DNA of 64,000 nt from Yuukianura sp. NJ FZ-2021 (Eukaryota): the NCBI GenBank assembly GCA_046563655.1, contig CM102290.1, positions 620,001 through 684,000 on the forward strand, given 5' to 3'. Made by a program: the position numbers and the translations under genes. The notes beneath the pieces are model-generated. The model did not search any database. It was given only the letters and a program-made list of their open reading frames with translations, and was not told the DNA's origin. This document shows positions 15,435-26,955 of the stretch, piece by piece (within the stretch, counting starts at the first letter, position 1; the number at the start of each line of letters is the position of its first letter).

Positions 15435-18400
15435 ATGACCTCGTCATTGGCTACTTCCGCTCTGGCGCTTGTCCTCGTCACTCAACTGCTGCTGGCCGTG
15501 GCTCTTCCGCCCTACCTCTTCGACGGATATGTGGCAGAAGGTAACATGATATCACATAAGTTATAACATATTACATAACCTACATAACTTGCATGATATT
15601 ACATAACTTACGAAACATAACGTAACACCATTCACATAGCCCTTGTGCTAAACGTGTCTTGACAACGAGATAGTTTTTCTTTAACAGGTAAGGCAATAAC
15701 TCAATCTCTAAAAAAAAATCCCCCAAAAAAATGGAACCAATTTGGAGCCAATTTTGTTTGAGTTTAAAAAAAAGTTTCACTTGACAGATTTTTTTGAATT
15801 TTCTTAAGATTTTTGGTGTTCTCGACCTTTTTTCAACTGAAATTGCAACAACGACAAAAAATGAACTTGGGTGACTTCATTTTTAAAAATTTTGCTAAAA
15901 AAAAATTCAGAACTCGAGTTATTGCCTAACCTGTTAAAGAAAAAAATATTTTATTGTTTATCAACCTTGCCTGTGCTCCTTGAATAATTGAGTAGTCAAA
16001 GTTATGTTAAGGTTTGACTACACACTCAACTAACCGGGACTTTCAAAATCTCATTTTTAAGACAAATTCTTAGCATAACGGCCCAGAAAAAAATTTTTTT
16101 TTAAATGAAATTTTGAATTCCAAATTGGAATGACCCAAAAACTGGAGCAGAAGAAAGGCCGAACAGCAAAAACAAAAAGTGTTTGTTTTTCCAACCTTGA
16201 GTTCAGTTCTTAAAAGTTTCTCAAATTCGGAAAGGTCGCATCGTACTACCGCAGTAAACATAAACGAAGCAGAGGGAAATTTTGAAAAAGGACAAAATAA
16301 ATTCTGTACAATTATGAATTTAGAACTGCAGAAATCCATTAAGGGGAGCCTTGTCCTGTCATTTCCAGCACCCACACTTAACAAAAGGGCCCACCCCAAA
16401 TGGCGCTACAACAAAAGGGCCCACCCCAAATGGCGCTTGAACAAAAGGGCCCACCCCAAGGGTACTTGAACAAAGGGCCCACACCCTAGAAGTACCCATA
16501 AAGTCCCTTTTGTGAACCTAAATTCAAGTTATGTTAAGTTGAATTAGTTTATTTTAGAAAGTGAGGTGGAAAATGAGGGAGAAAGTAGTTGAGTGAAAGG
16601 AAGCGTAGGTGCTAAAAGAGTAATTGAGTTGGAGGGGAGTCCAGGCAGTGGGAATCATATTATCCTAAACTCCTTTGTACTTTACTACACTTGTGGGGTT
16701 AGGTTAAGGTTAGGTTACACTTGCTAGCCTAATGCCTAATAGCGTATACCTCCAAATCTTAACTGGAATGAATCAGACAAATTGGACAGTGAGAAATATC
16801 ATCCTGTGGAACCCTCTTGGAACAAAGCTCATATTAAAGTTAACGACTAGCAATCAAATAAGTCTCAATTTCACCAAATAGGACAGTCCTTACGTTGGGG
16901 TTTGGAATGCAGTAGGTGCAATTTAGACTAAAAACTAAGTCTCATAAGAAAACTTAATTTGATGAGTTTATGACAACCTGGGAATGCACACAATTAAAAT
17001 CCTGACATTACAACCTACGTTCCTAATAACCTAACTTTAATCATCCACTAATAACAGGAGTAATCCGGCTATAACCAACAAAATCCGGTAACTACCCAAA
17101 AAAAATTTTTTGTTAATAACCAAGGTTCATTGACAACGGAAGGCTAACTTGTTTAACAGGTTGGGTAATACCTCACTTGTTGACAAAAAAAAAACGAATA
17201 AAATAAAATAAAAAATTATTATCAATTTAGCACCAATCCAAAAAATTGGTAGCAATTTGTATGCAAAACTTAAAAGAATTAAGCTGTATTGTTATGACTA
17301 CGATGCCCCGAAATGAAAAGATAATATTTTTTTTTTTTTGCAAAATCGAAAAAACATGAGGTACTACACAACATGTGAAAGAAATTCAAAAGTTCAGAAA
17401 CCTTAGGTAATAACCTAACGAAATAAAACTTAAACCACGAAAGCAAAATTTACAATTTTACAATTGTAATTCTACAATTAAAATTTCAACAAAGAACAGA
17501 AAAATTTAAAACAGAATAAAGATTTTCTTTTAAAAAATGTCACAACCGTTGGCCAATTTAAAGTTATTGTAAAAGAGAAAGTTAGAAAATGGTTACCCTT
17601 TTTGGGTCAGTGGTTACTGTCGCTTTTTTGAGGTGGTTACCATGGAAATAATCATATGTCGCCGAGGTTACCATAGTTTCTTTAGTTAAAAATTAGTAAC
17701 CACTTTCCGTCAAATTTATGGCCTTTTTTGACGTCTTTCGTCTGGGCCTGGACGACATTTTCCAAGATTAGAGTCATAAATCTTTTAGTCGTTATGGTAA
17801 CGATGATGATGATCCCTTGTCTTTATCTCCTCCTCCTCCAGTCTGTATAGTTGGATTGTTAGGCTATGGTTGTTAAAGTTCATGGGTTTGGACTTTGGAA
17901 GATGAAACTGTTGCTACTCAATTATTTATGAGTTCCATTTCTAAAGAGACACAACGGAAGGAAAAGCCGCAGTGTTGAGTGTTAAGAACGACACGGACGG
18001 TTTGACTTTCATTTATTTGAGGCGGATGATGACAGTGGCAGAGGCCAAAAGTAAAAGTAAAATATTTACTCAAGTAAAAAATAAATAAACCGCTGTAAAC
18101 GCCGTATGGAACTAGCGAAAGTTATGGTTAGGTTCAACCTAACCTTCACAAAAGTTATTTATCTCAATGGAATGAGCAACTTTTGTGGAAGACATTTTTT
18201 AATTTCGTTAAAAAAGTAATTAACATTGACCTTTGACCCGAATGTTGTGCACTTCCGGCCAAACCGGGAAGCGATTCGTCACTTCCAGACCATGCGAAGT
18301 TCATCTGTGAAAACAAATAAAAAATTGGTGCAGTGTTTCTAGAGTAATGGTTTCATGCAGATAGACAGACAGACAGACAGACTCGGAGAAAAACATAAAG

Positions 18401-21400
18401 TAGCCAACTCTTTCGCTACTTAATAAATGAGACACTGACTTTTGTTCTGGAAATGTCACAAGACGCCAACACTTTTTCAAAAACAAAGTTCAAAATTGCA
18501 GTTTGTACGGGTACTATGTACTTTTTTTCTGGTAAGCGAAGGTTTCAGTCTTTTTAAAGAAACGACATTGACATGACAGCGTCATTCCGACGTCAACACG
18601 TCAACTATTAGGTTACGGTTTGGTTGAAGAAAAGTGAAGAAAATTGGATAGAAAGTTATTCTGCATTTGTTTTCCCTTTGGCTGACGGTTTGATTCAGAA
18701 ATGAATCTTTCCTTTTTTGACTTTTTTTAAAAAACATGAAAATCCGCTGAGAAAATATGTAAGCTGTTTAGAAAATATCCGGAAGCTGTTTAGAAAAACC
18801 CAGTTTATTGTTGAAACATCATCATTCATTCCCTAAGACGTTCTTAACTTGCTACTTTCTTCAAAGGTGAAAGTCTAGAATTTTATTTTTTGAAAAGAGA
18901 TGAATAGGTGTAAATTTTTTTCCATCAAGTGAGAAAAAGATAAAACGTCAAATGTTTTTTTTTGGACGAAAATGGAAAATGAAGAAAAAGAAGCGGAAGT
19001 TGGAATGGGATGTTTAAGAAAAATGTCCGAAATTTTGAAAATCAGATTTTTCAAAATTCGAAGAAAATACAGAAGTAGAATCTGTATGAAGCTCAATTCC
19101 ACTAAAAATTGTGTCCACTAACAAACTTTTTCTAAAACTCAAATTTTTTTTGCCAATTTTTTTTTTTTTGTAAAATTGTGGTTGGATCATTTGTGTTGCA
19201 GATATGCCGGTGAGCACTGGCGGTGGAGGGAGCTTGGGTGAAGGTGACGTGAGTATGGATCGTGTCCTCCAAGGACTCAACAAGTAAGTTCCATTCAGAC
19301 ACTTTCTTTCCTTTCTCCGCATGAAGCTTCTTTCTTCTTTGTGCATGTCCCGTTAAATCAATACGACAGTCTCATTACCATCCCAATCCTTGGACTCCCT
19401 TCCACAACTTACACAAGAACCGCCAAACACACTTCCTTAAGGACAGTGTCAATTCCTGTCCAGATGGACCCAATCCCACCCAGCAAGGTTAAGCCAAGGT
19501 TCCTTGACAACAAAAACTTCATTTTCTTTAACAGGTTGAGTACTCTACCTCGCTTGTTGACAAAAAAATAAAAAAAAGAAAACTTGGTACCAACCCCAAA
19601 AATTGGTACCAACTCTTATGCAAAATTAAAAAAAAAATTGGCTCTTCTTTATTTCAACGATGCCCGGAAATGAAAAGTTGCAAAATTGAAAAACATTAGG
19701 TATTACCCAACCTGTTAAAGAAAATCAAAGTCAACAAACCTTGGTTTAGACCAACGCCAGTTCCAAGCCATTGTTGGAATTATTCCGAAGCGCATTGCTA
19801 CAATCGTTCAAGGTAAATAAGCTTTCGCAGCAATTGGTTTCGTGACATTGCGCTTCGAAGAAATTCATTCGGAACAATGGCGTCCTACCACCAACGCAAG
19901 GTTAACATTCATTTCTGCTTCCACTTCACCCCTGCTTGTCTTCTACTGAAGGAAGGAAGTACGCCAGAGATATGGTTACCATGGTTACTAAGGTTACTGA
20001 AATGGTTACCAGGAATTGTTACTTTTTTCTTTTTGTGGAGAGACGTTCCACCGGAAGAAGGTTGGAATTTTAGGAAATGATTTCGGCTGCTGTGCGGGAG
20101 AAAGTGGAGGAGAAAGTCTTTCTGTCCATATGGCCCTTGGCACAGGCAGATCCAAATGCGACTCCAGGGACAAGAAAACCTTCAAGCGCTTCATATCGAG
20201 AACATTCCACCAAAAAACGAAAAAAAACTGTTTTGAAAAATCCAACTTTTTTTTTCAAGAACTGCCACACTTTATGTCTCTACTGCTGTCGCTAATGGTC
20301 ACATGAGCGGAGGCAGGAAATTTTTTCAATTTGAGAATAAAATTTTTGAGCAGGGGCAGGAGCAGCAGCTCCTGGAACGACAAAAAAAGTAATTTTTTTT
20401 AATCTAGCGTTTTTTTGAAAAACTATTTCAAAATTTCGAAAATTTGAGGGTGGATAGTGTTTTTTTTTTCTGTGAGTCCCGCTGGGAACTGAAAATAAGT
20501 TAAGAAGCTTAACACTTGCAAAGAGATGTAAAGGAAAGCTGGTTTTATTGAGAAAGTTGTCAAAAATGACGAGATGAACGCAAATCGTATTGAAATTTCA
20601 AAGGAAAATTTGCAAATTCTTGCTTTTGAAAAATAAATTCTGAGAGAGGATTTCTGTTCCGCAGAAAATGCAAAATTTCGAGAATATTTTTTCCTAAAAA
20701 AAATTCTTTTCATCAAGCTACTTCCACTTTCATAGCTTAGCTTTTTTTTTACATAACAGAGTTGTATAAATATCGAAGCAGTTTTTCTACAGAAAAAAAG
20801 TTTTTCAAAAACTTTTTTTTTTTGGAGAAAATCTATTTTAATTAAATCTTATAAACGTAAATCTCCCTGCTTCATCCTATTACACATCAATCTCTTTCTT
20901 TGTAAGGAAAAAGAATTTTGCTTTCTCTCCATTCACTCAAGTTTCCCATTTTCTACAAACTTTTTTTTTCCTTTTCTTTTCAATTTTCTATTCCTTTTAG
21001 CATTGATATTCCCACTAACTTTTTTTGGCTCCACAAGCAATATTTTTTTGAACTTTTTCCAACTTTTTTTTTCTAGTGCTGGAATTTAGAAAAAACCGAT
21101 TTGCCCAATCCTAGATTTCATAAAAACCTGCCCACGCTTTTCAATAAATTCCAAAAAAAAAATTACAGTTTTTGAAGTCAGGAACAGAATGCAGACAAGC
21201 ACAAATTCAAATCTATTGTGGTTTGTGAGGGATCAGGGCTCACATAGCTTGAGAGACATACGATGACAGTGCAGAAGAAATAAGTGACCGAGTGGGATTC
21301 GAACCCACGCCTTCTCCAATCCGGGGAGACAGCTCTAACCCTTAAGCTATCGAGTCACATTCTGCACAGGATAGAATCGGAAGGCTACCATAACAGGCAC

Positions 21401-24400
21401 TGTCCATTCCATACACCTCTATCCTTTGCGGTTGGGAGTGGGACTGTTCCCAAACGCCACACGTTAAGCGGTAAAGATTTTAGACGCTCAAAACTTAAAC
21501 AATTTAAATATAAATAGGTATTTGAGCGGGAAAAAAAATTGGAAAAAATTTGAGCTTTCTTTTATTTTCCTTGATTTACTCACAAAGTGGCGTTACCTTT
21601 TTTAATGATCAAACGCAAAAAAAAGAAACTGAAAATACTAACGGCTCAGCATTAGAATTTTTTCCAAGTTTTAAAAAAACTTCCCGCTTTTTGTTTTTTA
21701 ATTCTGAGATTTTGTTTTTCCAAAGGAAGAAAAAAAGTGTCTAATGATCCAATTCTTGCCGCCAATTTTCAAAAGTGGCACAAAAGCAAGAAAGTGGCGC
21801 GCTTTTCACTTTCTCTTTTTCCAAAGGTTTCCTTTTAATTAAATCCTCAATCCATAAAATTCCAAATCTAACTTAAAAGAAAACTTAATTTCCTCCTACT
21901 CACTTCCAAACTCAAAACTTCATAATGATCATAACTTGTAACTTTTAACTAATAACACTTTGAACAAAAAACTACGCTTTTCAGTTGCAATGAAAAGCTG
22001 GAGATCCCACAGCGAAGAAAATAACAGAAAACTTAAATTAAATTTTGAGCCTTTTATTCCACTTTTTAACTCAAAAGTTTCATTTTCCAAACTTTTCGAC
22101 AAGGATTTCTTAAAGCCTCTCTCTATTTTCTCTTTTAAGTTCAGAATTATTAGAAATTTAGAAAAAAATATGTTTTAAAAAAAAACTTCTTATTTACTAC
22201 TTTTTGAGAAAAAAAGTTTTTCAAAAAATTTAAAAACCGCTGCCTTCCCCTTCTTTCTCGTCGAGATCCTTCAACTCTTCTTCTCTAAAGTGTCTAATTC
22301 AATTATGTAGAAGGAAAAAGCCCTTGATGTGAAGTGTGCGCCCCAATGGCTCTAAAAAGACTTTCAGAATTTAAAAGTTTGATTTTTTTTTTTTTTTTTG
22401 AAAATTGACTTTTTTTTTGGAAAAAGAAAAAGCTCTTTTGTGGTTTGCAAATTCTTTAGTCTTTGAGCTTTTCTTTTCGACTCCTCTGCCTGTGTCTACG
22501 TGATTTGAAAAAATTCCTAAAGATCGATTCAACTTTTTTTCTCTCAATATGAACCAGGGTTCGAAAATTACGGTATTTTTGCCGAAAACTACGTAACTTA
22601 CGTAATTATCGTAACTTACGTAATCTACGTAAGATTGTAATTTTCAAAACAAGCCGCCTGCACCACACTCCCATCCCCAAACCATAAACTATTAATATCT
22701 ACTATCTAATTGCGTTAAAAATCAAACCAAGGCCTGATAGAAATATACTGCGGTAGACAATATTTACTACTATTTTATTTTTAAGACTAAACTAACACAC
22801 TTAACGCAATTAACACAAATAGTTCGAGAAACATAACACTAATTATTCCACTGCCATCACATCTAACTCTTCCTCAGGTTCAAGCTCGCTCTCATCAGTT
22901 AGACTCTGAAAATGTTAAAGTGAACATGACGTACTTGGCCCAATTGATTCGGAGTCTTTGCCAACGTTTTGATGTTTCTGTAAGTGTGATTTCATCCTGT
23001 CCGGGATTCCTGCATGTCTCCAATCACACAACTTACAATTTGCCCAGGGGATCTTACTGCCCGGGTTTGGTTCAAGGTCAAAATCGTTCCAAATCGGATC
23101 TCTGACTCGTGGCATTTCAATAACAGCCAGTTAAAACAACAGAAAGAAAAGCTACGAAGAATATCCTGGTATTTCTCGAGCAGACTGCTCGAGAATTATC
23201 CTGGTATTTTTCGAGCAGACTGCTCGAAGAATATCCTGGTATTTCTCGAGCAGACTGCTCGAAAAATATCCTCGTATTTCTCGAGCAGACTGCTCGAGAA
23301 TTATCCTGGTATTTCTCGAGCAGACTGCTCGAAGAATATCCTGGTATTTCTCAAGCAGACTGCTCGAAGAATATCCTGGTATTTCTCGAGCAGACTGCTC
23401 GAAGAATATCCTGGTATTTCTCAAGCAGACTGCTCGAAGAATATCCTGGTATTCCTCGAGCAGACTGCTCGAAGAATATCCTGGTATTTCTCGAGCAGAC
23501 TGCTCGAAGAATATCCTGGTATTTCTCGAGCAGACTGCTCGAAGAATATCCTGGTATTTCTCGAGCAGACTGCTCGAAGAATATCCTGGTATTTCTCGAG
23601 CAGACTGCTCGAAGAATATCCTGGTATTTCTCGAGCACACTGCTCGAGAATTATCCTGGTATTTCTCGAGCAGACTGCTCGAAGAATATCCTGGTATTTC
23701 TCGAGCAGACTGCTCGAAGAATATCCTGGTATTTCTCGAGCAGACTGCTCGAAGAATATCCTGGTATTTCTCGAGCAGACTGCTCGAAGAATATCCTGGT
23801 ATTTCTCGAGCAGACTGCTCGAAGAATATCCTGGTATTTCTCAAGCAGACTGCTCGAAGAATATCCTGGTATTCCTCGAGCAGACTGCTCGAAGAATATC
23901 CTGGTATTTCTCGAGCAGACTGCTCGAAGAATATCCTGGTATTTCTCGAGCAGACTGCTCGAAGAATATCCTGGTATTTCTCGAGCAGACTGCTCGAAGA
24001 ATATCCTGGTATTTCTCGAGCAGACTGCTCGAAGAATATCCTGGTATTTCTCGAGCAGACTGCTCGAAGAATATCCTGGTATTTCTCGAGCAGACTGCTC
24101 GAGAATTATCCTGGTATTTCTCGAGCAGACTGCTCGAAGAATATCCTGGTATTTCTCGAGCAGTCTGCTCGAGAAAAAACCGAAAAAATAATCATCTAAT
24201 TCACTGCTCTTTTGTTATTTTGGACTTCTCCCGCTCCCTGACTCCTACGCTGTCTCCCTCCCGCGTAAAATTCAAAAGAATGAAAATTTCGAAAATTACA
24301 ACCCCTCTGAAAATTACGTAACTTACGTACGTAAGTTACGTAAGTTACAGGACGTAAGTTACAGCCTTCGAACCCTGATATGAACTTTTTTCATCAAGAA

Positions 24401-26308
24401 ACCAAAAAACTTAAAAAATGAACAAAAAGCGGCTAAATTTTTTTTCAACTTTTTTTGTTCAATCAAAATCTAAAATTGGTTTTGAAAAGGCTTCGAGCGA
24501 CTTTTATTTCCACCCTGATGCTATTTAATCAAATCAAAGAGTATATAGTTCTTTTTAGTAACTTTTTAAAATAGTTTCTTTTTCAACCTTCCATTTTGTT
24601 TTGTCAACAGGTTGAAATTGAAGTAATTTCGGATCGCTGCGTTAACAAGCATGTCATGAATAGTTGATTTAATTAGGCGGGGAAAAGGATGGGGAGGGGA
24701 GGGTATAATTAATTTTGTAGGTTCATTACTCACCACCCCCTGAAGGAAGGGAGGGGTTGTAAGCAAGGTTGTTTTAATCGAAATTTTGTTTATTTTTTTA
24801 AACAGGTTATGCCATAACTCGTATTATTTAAGAATTTTTTATTGAATTTTTTTTTGCGATTTGCTGACCTCGCGCCTTATAAAGCAAACGAAAAAACTCT
24901 GTAAAAAACGTATTTTTTTTTCGGTAATTATTTGAAAAAAGTGAGTTATGTCATAACCTGTTAGCACATTTGTGTAAATGGGCGCAATAGCAACCTTAGG
25001 GGGCGGGGTGAGAGTGGTGGCGTTTCAAAAATTCAAAATCTGTTTTTCCCGCTCTTTTCCTTGTGGAAAAATTGTATATGCAAGAGACCCGACCACCCTG
25101 AGAACGTTTTAAACCTAATGTCGGAGAACCACCACATCCCACCCTAGAGAATCAAATTTGAGTGGAAAGTTGGGCGTTTGTGTTGTTCATTTCCAGCAAG
25201 ATGCTGGAAGGCTCCGTGTCTAGATTGAACAAAATCCTGGAACAGGAAGGATGTACGGTAGTAAAAGGAGTAGTGAAAGTGGCAAGTGTACTTGTACTAT
25301 GCAGAGTATTCGGGGAATAAGTGAAGTCTCATGAAATGTGGATGATGAGGCTTGCTCCTGCAGTAAGACGTGGCGGAATATCAGAAATCTTGTTAAGAAA
25401 TTCAAATTCCAGGTGAAGTTTGAACAGGCCTTTCGCCGCGTCGTGCTAGAATTTGAAACGTTTTTTGAAAGAAAAAGAGAAAATAAAAAGATGAGTCCCT
25501 GGTGTAAAGTGGTCTTCTTAATTCTAAAACCTGCTGCACACCATTCCCGTAAACCAAATGCAACTTTTAACATAGTATTTTTCATAAAACAGTTTTTTTT
25601 TTTAAATTCTTTTTCTTTTTGAAAAATTCTTTTGAAGAATTCCTTCTTTAGAAACAATTTAAATACATAAAGCACTTCCCGCAAAAATTGCATGTCCAAC
25701 GTGGTTGAATTCAGTTACAAATCGGCGTCACTGAATTTTCACGTTCCTCCGGCACTGACATCCGCTTTTGCTACTTTGCTGCATCCGTTTTTGAAAAAAA
25801 TATTAAAACTTTTCTGGCTGAAGTTAAATTTTTTTTTTACAAAACTTTTGCCTGAAAATTTTGTGCTGATTTTGCATTTTTAAACGAAACTGTTCCTTTC
25901 ATTTCTAAAAATATAAAAGAAAAAGTGTTATTTTTGGGACAAAAATTTCCGCCTGTCCACATTTCCTTCCCGCCGTGACACTTTTCGCGTTTTGCTTGTA
26001 ACTAAAAAATTTATTATCTACAAAAACAAATAATTTTTTAAAGATAACGTTTTTGATGGTTTCCTTTCGGTTTGTTTAAATTTGTTTGTGTTTGTCCAGC
26101 TGTTGATGATGCTCCTGGTTTTGACAGTTCTAATTTTCTCTTTAGACGCTCTCCTGTTATCTATGTTTACAGACGATCTTGCATCCGAAGAGGAAGTCGC
26201 TGTGACCATCGACCTGACGACTGCTGCAGCGGTGGAGCTTGTCGCTGCAACCTCTGGGGTGCCAACTGTCAGTGTCAACGGATGGGCATCTTCCAGAAGT
26301 GGGGCTAA
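15435..26308 (+). CDS. Agatoxin-like peptide (ALP) precursor, ICK/knottin neuropeptide; exons 15435-15540, 19202-19283, 26146 (or 26173)-26308
   Basis: Spliced product MTSSLATSALALVLVTQLLLAVALPPYLFDGYVAE-DMPVS...LQGLNKR(SPVIYVYRR)SCIRRGSRCDHRPDDCCSGGACRCNLWGANCQCQRMGIFQKWG*. It has a signal peptide, acidic propeptide, dibasic sites, the 8-Cys ALP motif and an amidation Gly. Splice phases are consistent. Confidence 0.92.
15650..15969. mobile_element. CAAGG-family MITE (diverged) in ALP intron 1
   Basis: tcttgacaac...tttaacaggtaaggcaataactc ... gagttattgcctaacctgttaaaga...aaccttg; 8-bp flanks cttgtgct/cctgtgct. Confidence 0.75.
16380..16490. repeat. 30-bp tandem repeat, about 3.7 copies
   Basis: aacaaaagggcccaccccaaatggcgct repeated at 16380, 16410, 16440 and, degenerate, at approx. 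16469. Confidence 0.9.
17121..17405. mobile_element. CAAGG-family MITE
   Basis: Same ends and core as 14615-14850; flanks gttaataac/ggtaataac. Confidence 0.8.
18075..18425. mobile_element. Possible Helentron-associated (HINE/DINE-1-like) element with (ACAG)n microsatellite
   Basis: Subterminal inverted tagcgaaag / ctttcgcta, internal ttgacctttgaccc and agacagacagacagacagac near 18363-18382. Confidence 0.45.
19495..19743. mobile_element. CAAGG-family MITE
   Basis: caaggttccttgacaac ... tattacccaacctgttaaagaaaatcaaagtcaacaaaccttg. Confidence 0.88.
21285..21356 (-). pseudogene. tRNA-like sequence (tRNA pseudogene or SINE head)
   Basis: Minus strand GACTCGATAGCTTAAGGGTTAGAGC (A-box/D arm), TCTCC-CCGGATT-GGAGA arm, GTGGGTTCGAATCCCAC (B-box/T arm), TCGGTCA. 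The acceptor stem has a 1-nt gap and the anticodon loop lacks U33. Confidence 0.7.
22915..23115 (-). pseudogene. Truncated hAT transposase N-terminus (BED zinc finger), 66 aa
   Basis: MPRVRDPIWNDF...WANCKLC...RMKSHLQKH fits the W..F / CxxC / HxxxH BED pattern. An acidic tail-like segment (...DESELEPEEELDVMAVE*) follows immediately. No DDE domain is present. Confidence 0.8.
23156..24170. repeat. Tandem array, 29 x 35 bp, inside the hAT element
   Basis: Unit gaagaatatcctggtatttctcgagcagactgctc; the 35-bp register holds at 23156, 23401, 23821 and 24171. Confidence 0.97.
24764..24998. mobile_element. CAAGG-family MITE, second subfamily (also 29997-30267)
   Basis: caaggttg...aacaggttatgccataactc ... 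gagttatgtcataacctgttag...atagcaacctta. Confidence 0.7.
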
Positions 26309-26520
26309 ACAGCACGATGAGAACCACAAACGGATCCACCACCACCGGCCCCACCACTCCCCACCAACTTTCCCTTATTCCGACGTCAATCATTCAACAA
26401 TTAGAGAACTTACCTCCCCCTCCCACTAACCACCCCTACCTCCTTTATCATCAGAAATGTGGAAAGGGCATAAGGAATTAAATTTTTTTGAGGTGGGAAC
26501 CGCCCTTAACACACATTTTT

Positions 26521-26955
26521 ACGAGGGAAACCGATTAATCTCTTGTCGAATTTTTGAATTTAAAAATTGCAATCATATTCTGCATGTCAAAAGAAAATTT
26601 TACGTAACAATTTCCGTTGCCAACGCCAAAAAAAAATATACCCCAACCTGGGATCAAATCCATGCTCCGCTCCAAAATAAAGAGGAAAAATATTTTTTAT
26701 ATTTAATTCCCCCAATACAAAACGTCCGCATTTTTCATATAACATCCTAAACACGTTTTGTGTTGAAGAATTACGTATAAAAATATTTTTTCTCAATATT
26801 TTGGAGGAGAGACACAGGTTCGAGTCCAGGTCGGGGTATATTTTTTTTGGCGTTGGCAATCCAAACTACTGCAGAAAATTTTCTTTTAGCATGCTAAATA
26901 TGAACGTAATTTTTAAATTCAAAAATTCGACAAGAGGTGAATGGGTTTTCCTCGT
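26521..26955. mobile_element. Foldback/MITE-like long inverted repeat (approx. 200-bp arms) just downstream of the ALP stop
   Basis: ctcttgtcgaatttttgaatttaaaaatt vs aatttttaaattcaaaaattcgacaagag; ttgccaacgccaaaaaaaaatatacccc vs ggggtatattttttttggcgttggcaa. The right arm contains a B-box-like ggttcgagtcc. Confidence 0.8.

Larger units (their letters stand above)
22555..24377 (-). mobile_element. Non-autonomous hAT transposon (1823 bp) in ALP intron 2
   Basis: 11-bp TIRs cagggttcgaa / ttcgaaccctg; perfect 8-bp TSD atatgaac (22547-22554, 24378-24385); subterminal ttacgtaa(c/g)tt repeats at both ends; BED-finger ORF inside. Confidence 0.93.

Noticed and set aside
16685..16745. ggttaggtt / cctaa motifs suggesting a TTAGG telomeric repeat or telomerase template
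   Set aside because: Only 2-3 imperfect units; similar short motifs occur inside several small repeats in the window.
21285..21356. Functional tRNA gene
   Set aside because: Gap in the acceptor stem, non-canonical anticodon loop without U33, and no clear oligo-T terminator.
23156..24170. CRISPR-like appearance (palindromic approx. 35-bp repeats)
   Set aside because: The repeats are directly adjacent with no unique spacers, there are no cas genes, and the context is a eukaryotic hAT element.
23014..24321. 435-aa ORF and overlapping minus-strand ORFs
   Set aside because: These arise from the stop-free 35-bp unit cycling through frames (35-aa period = 3 units). There is no ATG start and no protein-like features.
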